In this document: in pieces, positions 1-7,871 of the stretch
Position numbering within the stretch: the stretch's first letter is position 1
How the letters are laid out: each line of letters begins with the position of its first letter
Virus record (IMG/VR): IMGVR_UViG_3300045988_007995
Location: 1 to 20,429 of that record
From: a virus
Taxonomy: Duplodnaviria > Heunggongvirae > Uroviricota > Caudoviricetes
Length of the DNA: 20,429 nucleotides
Direction: 5' to 3' (one strand)
Program-made: the position numbers and the translations under genes
Notes under the pieces: model-generated
Database searches by the model: none
Told to the model about the DNA's origin: nothing
What the model saw: only the letters and a program-made list of their open reading frames with translations

Positions 1-1
1 T

Positions 2-400
2 TCACTCACTCAAGCAGGGCTAGTTGAAGGTTTTCAGTGGGTAGATGGAAGCTTCACAGAACATATTGAACTTATTGAAAAAAGGCCACCGAATGATGTC
101 GATGTTGTGACCTTTTTTCAATTCAGTAATGGCGATAATGATGCAATCGTAATCGGTAGAAAGCCAGAGCTATTTGATCATGATTTTGTTAAGAAGGAGT
201 TTTTCGTAGATTCCTACTTCCAAGAACTTAATCTACCAAGTCATGAGCTTGTTGAAATGACTGTATATTGGTACAGTATGTGGGCACATAGACGCGATCT
301 GTCGTGGAAGGGATTTATCCAAATCCCGTTAAACCCACAACTTGATGTTGTGGCAATGACTATACTTAATTCGGCTACTACTGAGGGGGTCAAACAATGA
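2..400 (+). CDS. 5'-truncated hypothetical protein; first gene of a two-gene operon in the immunity region (rexA-equivalent position)
   Basis: Reading frame is open from the window edge to TGA at 398-400 with no internal start before the end of the frame; stop overlaps the ATG of the next gene (ATGA at 397-400). AT-rich by eye. No motif I can assign. Confidence 0.55.
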   Translation, partial: SLTQAGLVEGFQWVDGSFTEHIELIEKRPPNDVDVVTFFQFSNGDNDAIVIGRKPELFDHDFVKKEFFVDSYFQELNLPSHELVEMTVYWYSMWAHRRDLSWKGFIQIPLNPQLDVVAMTILNSATTEGVKQ

Positions 401-1326
401 ATCGTAATGATTATGTTTTCGCTCTCAGTGAGCGCGAGCAAATAAGTAATCTATTAAAAAATATGCCAACAAGTCATTCTATTAGCCGAAAAAGCTTAGA
501 AGACCGTCTGGAGAAAGTTGAGCGATTAATTTCACAAGCTGACGTTCGAGAACATGAACCTACGCATGCTGTGTTAACTTTTAGAGGCCCAACAGTAGTT
601 GGCACGCATGGCATTTCAGCAGTATTTGGAACAAAAGCTATATCTTGTTTTAATGATGCAATAGCTTACTTGGCAACCTCTTTCAATGGCCCACTTCCTG
701 CATCAGGCAAGATACCAAACATAGAAAATAATCATCTCATGATTACCGCGTCAGCCCGTGGTTCTTTCGGATTCGTACTTGAAGAGTTTAGACCTGATGC
801 TCCTCTTGAATTCGATGAAGAAACCCCAGTAGCAAAAGCTATTAATAAGGCCAGAAAAATATTTCAGGCAAGCTTGGATAATGATGATGAAGAATTGTCT
901 GATGCTATAGAAAACTTAGACTCTCGGGCCTTAGATAAAATCAGAGCATTCATTCATTATCTGCATGAAAATAAAACAGTTTTTACACTTAAAAGCCAAG
1001 GTTTTAGCATCGTTTTTAGAGAGCCAAAACAGCTTGAAGCTGTATATCAACATCTCAGCAATGATAACATTCAGCAGGAAAAAATTATTGAGAACGTTAT
1101 ATTTTTGGGAACTCTTCCTAACAAGCGCCAATGTGAATTTATAGTTTTAGGTAACACTGATATCAGAACCGCTAGCATTGACAAAGCTGTAGATGACCCA
1201 GATATTATAAACAAGCACTTAGGAAGCGTTGCAACAGCCACGTTCCTGAAAAAAACTGTTGGTAAGGGCAAGCCCAGATACACTCTGGTTTCTCGACCTC
1301 AATGGGATATTAAATCAATCGATTAG
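397..1326 (+). CDS. hypothetical 309-aa protein; second gene of the immunity-region operon (rexB-equivalent position but not membrane-like)
   Basis: 309-codon ORF, ATG overlapping upstream stop (translational coupling), followed 15 nt later by a strong intrinsic terminator; AT-rich by eye; no long hydrophobic segments, no Walker or nuclease motif I can recognise. Confidence 0.7.
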   Translation: MNRNDYVFALSEREQISNLLKNMPTSHSISRKSLEDRLEKVERLISQADVREHEPTHAVLTFRGPTVVGTHGISAVFGTKAISCFNDAIAYLATSFNGPLPASGKIPNIENNHLMITASARGSFGFVLEEFRPDAPLEFDEETPVAKAINKARKIFQASLDNDDEELSDAIENLDSRALDKIRAFIHYLHENKTVFTLKSQGFSIVFREPKQLEAVYQHLSNDNIQQEKIIENVIFLGTLPNKRQCEFIVLGNTDIRTASIDKAVDDPDIINKHLGSVATATFLKKTVGKGKPRYTLVSRPQWDIKSID

Positions 1327-1340
1327 AATGAGCCCCTTCA

Positions 1341-1368
1341 GCCCGGCCTCCGCGCCGGGTTTTCTTTT
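1341..1368 (+). terminator. Rho-independent terminator closing the immunity-region operon (tImm-like position)
   Basis: GC-rich hairpin CCCGGC-ctccgc-GCCGGG (1342-1359) followed by TTTTCTTTT. Confidence 0.75.
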
Positions 1369-1518
1369 ACCATCAGCCCGTCAAAAACACACCTAACGAA
1401 TTGTATTTATTGAATAAATATAAATCACACTTATCACATTGCGCAATTCAGCTCCTACACATCCAGACTAGCTCTGCAAAACTTTAAAAAAATAAATCAA
1501 TAGTAAAAACATGCACAT

Positions 1519-1581
1519 AACCATTTGCGGTAATATTTTATCTCTAGCGGTGTTGACGAAAATACCTCCGGCGGTGATACT
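1519..1581 (+). promoter_or_regulatory. Lambda-type OL3-OL2-OL1 operator triplet overlapping a PL-like sigma70 promoter (rightward in this window)
   Basis: Three 17-bp sites AACCATTTGCGGTAATA (1519-1535), TATCTCTAGCGGTGTTG (1539-1555), TACCTCCGGCGGTGATA (1563-1579) with 3-bp and 7-bp spacers; -35 TTGACG (1553-1558), 17-bp spacer, -10 GATACT (1576-1581). By recollection each operator differs from lambda OL3/OL2/OL1 at only 1-2 positions and the downstream transcript start region (acacatcagcaggacgc) is lambda-like. Confidence 0.8.
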
Positions 1582-1626
1582 AAACACATCAGCAGGACGC
1601 TGGAAGCTAAATGGAACAGACTGGCA

Positions 1627-1673
1627 GGCTCTTTAAACAACGTCGACTCTCGACTACGTGGCTGAAAAGCCAG
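1627..1673 (+). promoter_or_regulatory. candidate nutL site (boxA plus boxB hairpin) in the PL leader
   Basis: boxA-like GGCTCTTTAAACAA (1627-1640) about 40 nt downstream of the predicted PL start, followed by small hairpin TGGCT-GAAA-AGCCA (1659-1672) with a GNRA-type loop; lies between PL and the N-like gene. Confidence 0.5.
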
Positions 1674-1770
1674 ATCACCCAACCACATAAGCTGTGGGAT
1701 GCAATGCCGAAGCAACCGTCTCAGGAGGAGCTTCGAGATTGCATCACCAAAGTTTATTCGGGAGGAATCT

Positions 1771-2043
1771 ATGTCCAGAAAAACAGAATTTAAAGGCACC
1801 TCAGCTTCTCGTCGTAGAGCTCGTCGCGCAAACCTGCAAAGTCAGGAGGCGATTAGCTCCGACAAGCTACACAGACCAACCCCCTCTCGAGTGGTCTTGC
1901 AATGCAAGCGCAAACCAGCAATGAGAGCAGAAGTAATAACACTGACAACGTTGACCAGAAAATATGAAGGCTCAACTTGTCTTCCAAATGTAGCTCTTTA
2001 CGCGGCAGGCTACCGGAAATCCAAACAACTGACAGCAAGATGA
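1771..2043 (+). CDS. N: N-like transcription antitermination protein (arginine-rich motif)
   Basis: ATG at 1771 preceded by GGAGG (1761-1765); N-terminal arginine-rich motif GTSASRRRARRANLQSQ resembling the ARM of lambdoid N proteins; first gene downstream of PL and nutL. The longer ORF from 1699 lacks an RBS and overlaps the leader. Confidence 0.7.
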   Translation: MSRKTEFKGTSASRRRARRANLQSQEAISSDKLHRPTPSRVVLQCKRKPAMRAEVITLTTLTRKYEGSTCLPNVALYAAGYRKSKQLTAR

Positions 2044-2104
2044 CTTGTGTTGGTCGCCAGAAAATGAAATTAGGCAGCAAACCACTTATTTGAGAGGAAT
2101 TAAT

Positions 2105-2728
2105 ATGTCATCAATCCGCTTAACTACGAGAATGAAAGAGAAAATCGCTCGTAACGCTTTAATTAAATCTGGGGTTTTCACTGAGCTTGAAGAAGTAACA
2201 AAGTTAAAGAACCAGCTTGCACTTGACGCCAGAGTTGTTGCGTTTGGCGGTAAAAAGAAAACTGAGGAAGTGGATCAGTTATCATCCAAGTTAATGGCTA
2301 TAAGCGAAGAACTTGAAAAGCTGGGATGTTCATTTTACTCATGCGATGCCCGTTCAACTTCAATTTATCTGACTGTATCTGGCAGAAGGGTTGGCTGGTA
2401 TTCATATGGGAAAGACGGCAACGGCGAAGATATATTGCTCCCTACTCCGACCAAAGATAAATGCATGTTTAGCGCAGAACACGAAATAACAAAAAGGTTT
2501 GATGAAATCTGCGCATTGCAACAAAAACTTGAAGCCAAGAAAAAGGATATCGAATCAAATGTATGGGCTGCTTTGAACTCAGTCACAACAGTTAAGCGAC
2601 TTATTGAAGTTTGGCCTGAAAGCAAAGAGTTGCTACCAAAAGAAGCAGATAAAGCAAGTACAGCACTTCCTGCTTTACGGGTAGAAGATTTGAATAAGAT
2701 GATTGGACTTCCTTCCGAGGTCGCATAA
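2105..2728 (+). CDS. hypothetical 207-aa protein (AT-rich insert between N and the tL1-like terminators)
   Basis: ATG at 2105 preceded by GAGAGGAA; ORF-track frame 2045-2728; AT-rich by eye; occupies the lambda ral/sieB/ea10 interval but resembles none of them to my recollection. Confidence 0.6.
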   Translation: MSSIRLTTRMKEKIARNALIKSGVFTELEEVTKLKNQLALDARVVAFGGKKKTEEVDQLSSKLMAISEELEKLGCSFYSCDARSTSIYLTVSGRRVGWYSYGKDGNGEDILLPTPTKDKCMFSAEHEITKRFDEICALQQKLEAKKKDIESNVWAALNSVTTVKRLIEVWPESKELLPKEADKASTALPALRVEDLNKMIGLPSEVA

Positions 2729-2862
2729 TCGTCCTTTATTTTTGGCATAAACAACAGAATAAACACTGCACTGTGTATTCATTCCAACGAGTGAATACAC
2801 GGAGCAATGTCGCTCGTAACCAAACAGGAGCCGACTTGTTCTGATTATTGGAAATCTTCTTT

Positions 2863-2888
2863 GCCCTCCAGTGTGAGGGCCTTTTTAT
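2863..2888 (+). terminator. intrinsic terminator (first of a tandem pair, tL1-like)
   Basis: Hairpin GCCCTC-cagtgt-GAGGGC (2863-2880) followed by CTTTTTA. Confidence 0.65.
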
Positions 2889-2902
2889 ATGCATACCAAT
2901 AA

Positions 2903-2924
2903 CGCTTCACTCGAGGCGTTTTTC
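2903..2924 (+). terminator. intrinsic terminator (second of the tandem pair)
   Basis: Hairpin CGCTTC-actc-GAGGCG (2903-2918, one G-U pair) followed by TTTTT. Confidence 0.6.
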
Positions 2925-2949
2925 GTTATGTATAAATAAGGAGCACACC

Positions 2950-3090
2950 ATGCAATATGCCATTGCAGGGTGGCCTGTTGCTGGCTGCCCTTCCGAATCT
3001 TTACTTGAACGAATCACCCGTAAATTACGTGACGGATGGAAACGCCTTATCGACATACTTAATCAGCCAGGAGTCCCAAAGAATGGATAA
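2950..3090 (+). CDS. cIII: CIII (FtsH/HflB inhibitor), truncated to 46 aa relative to lambda
   Basis: ATG at 2950 after AAGGAG; product MQYAIAGWPVAGCPSESLLERITRKLRDGWKRLIDILNQPGVPKNG matches my recollection of the first 46 residues of lambda CIII (54 aa); TAA at 3088-3090 where lambda continues. Confidence 0.8.
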   Translation: MQYAIAGWPVAGCPSESLLERITRKLRDGWKRLIDILNQPGVPKNG

Positions 3091-3196
3091 AACACTTATG
3101 GCTATCCAGACTAAATTCACTATCGCCGCTTTTATTGGCGATGAAAAGATGTTTCGTGAGGCCGTCGAAGCCTACAGAAAATGGAGGTCAAAATGA
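3083..3196 (+). CDS. kil: Kil-like FtsZ-inhibiting peptide
   Basis: ATG at 3083 overlapping the end of cIII as in lambda; product MDKTLMAIQTKFTIAAFIGDEKMFREAVEAYRKW... closely matches my recollection of the lambda Kil N-terminus; TGA at 3194-3196 overlaps the next start. Confidence 0.7.
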   Translation: MDKTLMAIQTKFTIAAFIGDEKMFREAVEAYRKWRSK

Positions 3197-3381
3197 TTCC
3201 GGTAGAACTGGCGAAAACTCCAGAGTTAAGTCGATTAAAAAGAGAATATCACATTGCTGAGGCTCGTTACTGGCGTAAAGCGGGAGATAAATCAAAGAAA
3301 CAACTTTGCTTATGGCAGGCACAAAGAGAGCGCATGAATGAGCGTGAGTTTCTTTCCTCCCCATCCGAATTACCATTCTGA
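3193..3381 (+). CDS. hypothetical small protein (62 aa)
   Basis: ATG at 3193 preceded by GGAGG (3183-3187); ATGA overlap with kil stop; sits where lambda has gam but is unrelated by eye. Confidence 0.5.
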   Translation: MIPVELAKTPELSRLKREYHIAEARYWRKAGDKSKKQLCLWQAQRERMNEREFLSSPSELPF

Positions 3382-3389
3382 GGCAAATT

Positions 3390-4070
3390 ATGGGAACTGC
3401 GACATTAATACTCGGTGAATCTGGCACCGGAAAATCAACCAGCATGAGAAATATCAATCCAGAGGAAGCAATACTTATAAAACCAATAGGCAAGCCGCTT
3501 CCATTTAAATCAAAAGACTGGCTGGCATGGGATGCCAGAGCAAAAAAAGGAACCGTAGTTACCACTGACAAATGGGACGTAATAGTTGCCGTAATTAAGC
3601 GTGCTCACGAATACGGGAAAAGAATCGTTATTGTTGATGACTTCCAGTATGTGATGAGCAATGAGTTTATGCGCCGCTCAGAAGAAAAATCGTTTGATAA
3701 ATTCACTGAGATAGGCCGCCACGCATGGGAGGTGATTAAGGCTGCACAGGATGCACCTGATGACCTGAGAGTCTATTTTCTCGCACACACCGAAGAAACC
3801 CCTATGGGGCGTGTGAAAATGAAGACTATCGGCAAAATGCTGGACGAGAAAATCACTGTCGAAGGCATGTTTACTATAGTTCTTCGCACCCTTACCCGCG
3901 ATGACCAGTTCTTTTTCACCACGAAAAACAACGGTGCAGACACTGTTAAATCCCCAATAGGAATGTTTGATTCCAATGAGATTGATAACGATCTCTCTTT
4001 CGTCGATGCCACTGTTTGTGATTACTACGGCATCAATAATGTTCATCAAATTAAGGAAAACGCCGCATGA
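3390..4070 (+). CDS. P-loop ATPase, Sak4-like / RecA-family recombination protein
   Basis: Walker A GESGTGKST near the N-terminus and Walker B-like RIVIVDD; about 226 aa; located where lambdoid phages carry the recombination module; AT-rich by eye. Confidence 0.7.
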   Translation: MGTATLILGESGTGKSTSMRNINPEEAILIKPIGKPLPFKSKDWLAWDARAKKGTVVTTDKWDVIVAVIKRAHEYGKRIVIVDDFQYVMSNEFMRRSEEKSFDKFTEIGRHAWEVIKAAQDAPDDLRVYFLAHTEETPMGRVKMKTIGKMLDEKITVEGMFTIVLRTLTRDDQFFFTTKNNGADTVKSPIGMFDSNEIDNDLSFVDATVCDYYGINNVHQIKENAA

Positions 4071-4654
4071 GCAACGTGATTTTTACTTATAACGAAGAAG
4101 CAGCACTGACCGCAGGGCAAGGTGGTTTTATTAACGAAACTGGCGCCCATATCATTACCATTACTGAAGCAGAACTAAAGAAATCAGAAAAAGGAGCCAA
4201 ATTTATTGAGTTTTCTGGAGAATCCGACGACGGACGTAAAATCCAGTATCTTAGCGTTTGTGTTCAGAAAAATGACGGAACGGAAAACAAATTTGGCGCA
4301 AATGTCGTTCACGCCATGATGGGGTGTGCCGGGATTGGACAATTAACACAGCATATGGTTTCCGCCAGTAAATTTGTTGCACCTGAATTTCATGGAAAGA
4401 AAATCGGGTTAGTGCTCCAGAAAGTATTAACCACAAACAAAAAGACTGGCGCAGACAGCTACCAGATGGAAATACGCATCCCGTTTATTGCACAAACAGG
4501 TCAAACCCTTAAAGAAAAGGCAGAAGGCAAGCAACCAGAAACTATCGCCGACATGGTTGCCAGCCTCAAAGATAAAGACAATCGCTCTAAAAACGTAAGC
4601 CAGAATCATGCAGATGATTATGGTTACAGCCAGAACGATTACCCTGCTTTCTGA
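4067..4654 (+). CDS. putative phage single-strand DNA-binding protein partner of the Sak4-like ATPase (DUF669-type is a guess)
   Basis: ATGA overlap with upstream ATPase gene; 195 aa; C-terminus ...DDYGYSQNDYPAF resembles an acidic SSB-type tail; family assignment is from recollection of Sak4-SSB gene pairs only. Confidence 0.5.
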   Translation: MSNVIFTYNEEAALTAGQGGFINETGAHIITITEAELKKSEKGAKFIEFSGESDDGRKIQYLSVCVQKNDGTENKFGANVVHAMMGCAGIGQLTQHMVSASKFVAPEFHGKKIGLVLQKVLTTNKKTGADSYQMEIRIPFIAQTGQTLKEKAEGKQPETIADMVASLKDKDNRSKNVSQNHADDYGYSQNDYPAF

Positions 4655-4677
4655 TTACTGAAAATAAGGCTCCCATT

Positions 4678-4974
4678 ATGCCAGCGCCTCTGTATGGTGC
4701 GGATGACCCGCGCAACTGCTCCGGTAGCTCCAAGGCGGAGGTGCTGGAGAATATCAAAAACAATTTCGACGCGTTTCTTGCTCTGACACCAGAAACAAAA
4801 GCAGAACGGATGTACCGACGCGATATACAACTCGCGCTAAAACAGGAGAAGGACCGAACAAACGAAACAGCAATGAGACCGTTGCGAAAAGCGACAATAG
4901 ACAAATTCCCTGAATATATCGACCCGCGCCTGCGTAATTACCGCTCACGTTATGGTGCTATCAGTAATGACTGA
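4678..4974 (+). CDS. hypothetical protein (98 aa)
   Basis: ORF in series with flanking plus-strand genes; weak RBS; no recognisable motif. Confidence 0.45.
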   Translation: MPAPLYGADDPRNCSGSSKAEVLENIKNNFDAFLALTPETKAERMYRRDIQLALKQEKDRTNETAMRPLRKATIDKFPEYIDPRLRNYRSRYGAISND

Positions 4975-4984
4975 GGAATTTACC

Positions 4985-5149
4985 ATGAGAGGACTTGCAT
5001 ACAATCCCGGCATTCTTCCGGCAGAAATGATTATTCGCCAACGCGTAAAGCCAATGCCATCGAGAGAGGAATTGCTTAAGAGAAATTCTTTTCCGTCAGT
5101 GAATCAAAACAAATATCTGAATGCGATGTTGCGGAGTGGGAAGAAATGA
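4985..5149 (+). CDS. hypothetical small protein (54 aa)
   Basis: ATG at 4985 preceded by GAGGAA (4974-4979); ORF-track frame 4952-5149; stop overlaps next start (ATGA at 5146). Confidence 0.4.
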   Translation: MRGLAYNPGILPAEMIIRQRVKPMPSREELLKRNSFPSVNQNKYLNAMLRSGKK

Positions 5150-5691
5150 AACAAATGTCACTAATTGAGATGGATGGATTCCTGAAAGGTAAATGCATCC
5201 CAAGCGATTTAAAGGTTAACGAAACAAACGCTGAATATCTGGTGCGTAAATTTGCTGAAGCGGAGGCCAAGTGCGCGGCGCTGGCGGCGGAGAGTGCGCT
5301 GGCTCGTAAGGCAGTTCAGGCATTCTGCGATGTTGTTGGCGACAACACCGAGGTTATCTGTGAGGCGGTTGGGAGAGATGGCGTTCTGGTTATTTTGGAG
5401 GCCATGAAGGCAACAGGAAATATGTCAGCCACCGACGCTTTCCTGGCTGAAATACGTGCGGAGGCACGCAACGAGGGGATTAACTACACCGCAAGCCGTC
5501 TTGCTGCTGCGTTCAATCACGGATTTATCAATAAGTCTTTGCGTGAAGTTTTCGACGTTACACGCATGATTTTGTCAGCGAAAGAAGAGTTGGCTAATGA
5601 ACCGCATCCGATTGATGGCCTGTCCGGTGAATATGCGGAGAAATCCCTTGAAGAATGGGCGGAACAGATTCGCAAAGGAGGCAACCAGTGA
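5146..5691 (+). CDS. hypothetical protein (181 aa)
   Basis: Complete ORF, translationally coupled on both sides (ATGA at 5146, GTGA at 5688); Ala-rich; no motif assigned. Confidence 0.55.
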   Translation: MKQMSLIEMDGFLKGKCIPSDLKVNETNAEYLVRKFAEAEAKCAALAAESALARKAVQAFCDVVGDNTEVICEAVGRDGVLVILEAMKATGNMSATDAFLAEIRAEARNEGINYTASRLAAAFNHGFINKSLREVFDVTRMILSAKEELANEPHPIDGLSGEYAEKSLEEWAEQIRKGGNQ

Positions 5692-6323
5692 GCAAGATTG
5701 ACTATCAGGCACTGCGTGAGATAGCAAAACAGGCAACACAAGGCGAATGGGTCGCATTTATTTCGTCTGGTACTGGTACGTATGCGGTGCATACGCCCGG
5801 TGATGAACGATGTGAAGACGTTATCAAATGGACCGGCTTTGATGGACAGAAAAACGCAGAGAACAACGCCCATTATATCGCAGCTTTCAACCCTGAAGTA
5901 GTGCAGGCATTACTGGATGAACTGGAAGCCAAAGACAAAGCATGGTCCGCTCAGGACAACCATATCAACCAGCTGGCTGAACGAATTGAATCGCTGGAGA
6001 AGAAGAATGGCGAGATGGGAAGATCGCTGGAAGCCGCAGAGAAGCGCATAGCAGAACTGGAAGCACGGGAAATAAAACCAGCCAAAGGCGAAGTTCTTGT
6101 CGTTGTATCTGGTTTTACTGGTTGCGGGAAAAGCGCCATTGCCGGGGAAATAGAAATTGCGATGAAAGCTATTGGTGTGTCGGTTCAGTGGACTAATGGC
6201 GATGCGGAAAAGCGCATGACAGGAGCTGACTGGCTGACAGCGATTGAGATGTACAAACCAACTGTGCGCATCGTGGAAGTTAATGTGCCACGCGCCGCAG
6301 GCATTCGCATCAAAGGAGAGTGA
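5688..6323 (+). CDS. Ead/Ea22-like family protein (coiled-coil)
   Basis: GTG at 5688 preceded by AAAGGAGG; N-terminus [21 protein letters not shown]... and central heptad-like segment (LEAKDKAW...IAELEAR) match my recollection of lambdoid Ead/Ea22-like proteins. Confidence 0.6.
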   Translation: MSKIDYQALREIAKQATQGEWVAFISSGTGTYAVHTPGDERCEDVIKWTGFDGQKNAENNAHYIAAFNPEVVQALLDELEAKDKAWSAQDNHINQLAERIESLEKKNGEMGRSLEAAEKRIAELEAREIKPAKGEVLVVVSGFTGCGKSAIAGEIEIAMKAIGVSVQWTNGDAEKRMTGADWLTAIEMYKPTVRIVEVNVPRAAGIRIKGE

Positions 6324-6324
6324 T

Positions 6325-7272
6325 ATGACCACTATTACCAAAGAGCGACTGCTGACAATCAGGCAGTGGCGCGAAACATACGGACCTGGTAGCAACGTTG
6401 TACTGCCAGCAGAAGAAGCGGAAGAACTGGCACGAATTGCTCTGGCATCGCTGGAAGCAGAGCCGATAGGTTTCCGTTGCAGGCGCAATGATAACCTTGG
6501 TGATTGGAGTTACGTATATCATCGAGAGCCAGATGATTTTGAGCGCAAACATTTAGTGATAGAGGGCATTTACGCCGCCCCTCCAGCACCGGTAGTGCCT
6601 GAAGAAGCAACTCCGGAAAACGTAGAAATGCTCTCTGGCTATGTTTCAACGTACAAATTAACCGATAGCGAGCGCGATATTGCTGCCGAAATATGGAACG
6701 CCTGCCGCGCCGCCATGCTTCAGTCCGGAAACTTTCGGGAAAACAAGAATTCGTCAACCAATAATTTTCGGGAAATCGCGGAAACGTCAACCAACTATCC
6801 GGCAATTCCTAGTGAGGTGTTGTCCGCAATCCTGAAGGTTGCCAGGATTCGTGCCGATTTCGATGATTTTGACGGTGACAGGCGAGGTATCGGTGATTGT
6901 CTGGATGAGGCTGAGCAAGAGCTTATCGTTACCATTAACAAATATGCCAGTCAGTTGGCAGCAGAACCTATAGCGCCTAATGACGTTCGAGAGCAGACAG
7001 CCATTCCACAAGTTCCGGTAACTCCGGATGGTTGGATAAGCTGTAGTGAGCGAATGCCAGAAATGGGAGAGCGACAATGCTATGTGTTAGCTGCTGACTT
7101 TAAAAACAACTACCTACCAAGCATCCCCAACACTCAGGTCGGCGTATATGGCGACTGGTTTAATGATGGCAAGCCCACTTGGGATGACGGTGGTGGCGAA
7201 GACCTGTATCTCAAGGAGGTAACCCACTGGATGCCGCTGCCAGAACCGCCGCAGGAGGTTAACCGTGGCTAA
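6325..7272 (+). CDS. DUF551-domain protein
   Basis: ATG at 6325 after AAGGAG; C-terminal segment DGWISCSERMPEMGERQCYVLAAD...THWMPLPEPP has the pattern of the DUF551 domain common in lambdoid early regions. Confidence 0.6.
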   Translation: MTTITKERLLTIRQWRETYGPGSNVVLPAEEAEELARIALASLEAEPIGFRCRRNDNLGDWSYVYHREPDDFERKHLVIEGIYAAPPAPVVPEEATPENVEMLSGYVSTYKLTDSERDIAAEIWNACRAAMLQSGNFRENKNSSTNNFREIAETSTNYPAIPSEVLSAILKVARIRADFDDFDGDRRGIGDCLDEAEQELIVTINKYASQLAAEPIAPNDVREQTAIPQVPVTPDGWISCSERMPEMGERQCYVLAADFKNNYLPSIPNTQVGVYGDWFNDGKPTWDDGGGEDLYLKEVTHWMPLPEPPQEVNRG

Positions 7273-7546
7273 CCTGCAACTTGCCGTTAAAGGTGAATAC
7301 TTCGATGCCATGATTCGCGGAGAGAAAACGGAAGAGTATCGCCTGTGTAATGACTACTGGAATAAGCGAATTATGTTCCGCGAGTATGACCGCCTGATTA
7401 TCACAAAGGGATATCCGAAGCGCGACGATTCCAGCCGCAGAATTGACGTCCCGTATGACGGATATGAAATCAAGACAATCACACATCCGCACTTCGGCGA
7501 TAAGCCGGCAAAGGTGTTCGCGATAAAGGTGAATATTGATGGCTAA
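7265..7546 (+). CDS. small PUA-like (ASCH/DUF3850-type) protein, tentative
   Basis: GTG at 7265 preceded by AGGAGG (7251-7256); 93 aa; YFDAMIRGEKTEEYR pattern reminiscent of ASCH/DUF3850 proteins (recollection only). Confidence 0.4.
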   Translation: MANLQLAVKGEYFDAMIRGEKTEEYRLCNDYWNKRIMFREYDRLIITKGYPKRDDSSRRIDVPYDGYEIKTITHPHFGDKPAKVFAIKVNIDG

Positions 7547-7841
7547 ATCAGCAGCAGAGCGCAAAGCCGCTCAGAGAGCCAGACAAGCTGCATCTGGTGT
7601 GCGTAAGCTGGAAATTGTGCTTGATGCTCAGGAAATTGAAATGCTGGAGCGTAACTGTGCCACGCGTCGCCCCGGGCGTGCGCCTTACGAATTTGGTGAG
7701 TATATAGCGTTACTGATCCGCCAGGATGATGCACGCGTGCACGGGCGTATAAAATCGATCAGCAGAAACGTTGCGGTAAGTGCGGCGAGAGAGTTCCCGT
7801 TAATTCATGCCCGTGTAATGGTGACTCGGAATGCTGGGTGA
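7539..7841 (+). CDS. hypothetical basic protein (100 aa), last gene before the packaging module
   Basis: ATG at 7539 after AAGGTG, overlapping previous stop; Arg/Ala-rich N-terminus; no HNH or other motif seen. Confidence 0.5.
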   Translation: MAKSAAERKAAQRARQAASGVRKLEIVLDAQEIEMLERNCATRRPGRAPYEFGEYIALLIRQDDARVHGRIKSISRNVAVSAAREFPLIHARVMVTRNAG

Positions 7842-7871
7842 CTAAAGGCTGGCATGAAACGAAATTAATAG

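Noticed and set aside
1497-1924. Overlapping ORFs (1497-1799 minus, 1611-1793 plus, 1694-1924 plus) across the PL/nutL/N region
   Set aside because: They overlap the operator-promoter-leader and the better-supported N-like frame, which has a GGAGG RBS and an arginine-rich motif.
5910-6488. 192-aa minus-strand ORF across the Ea22-like/DUF551 junction
   Set aside because: Antisense to two coupled plus-strand genes; Ser/Ala-rich low-complexity product.
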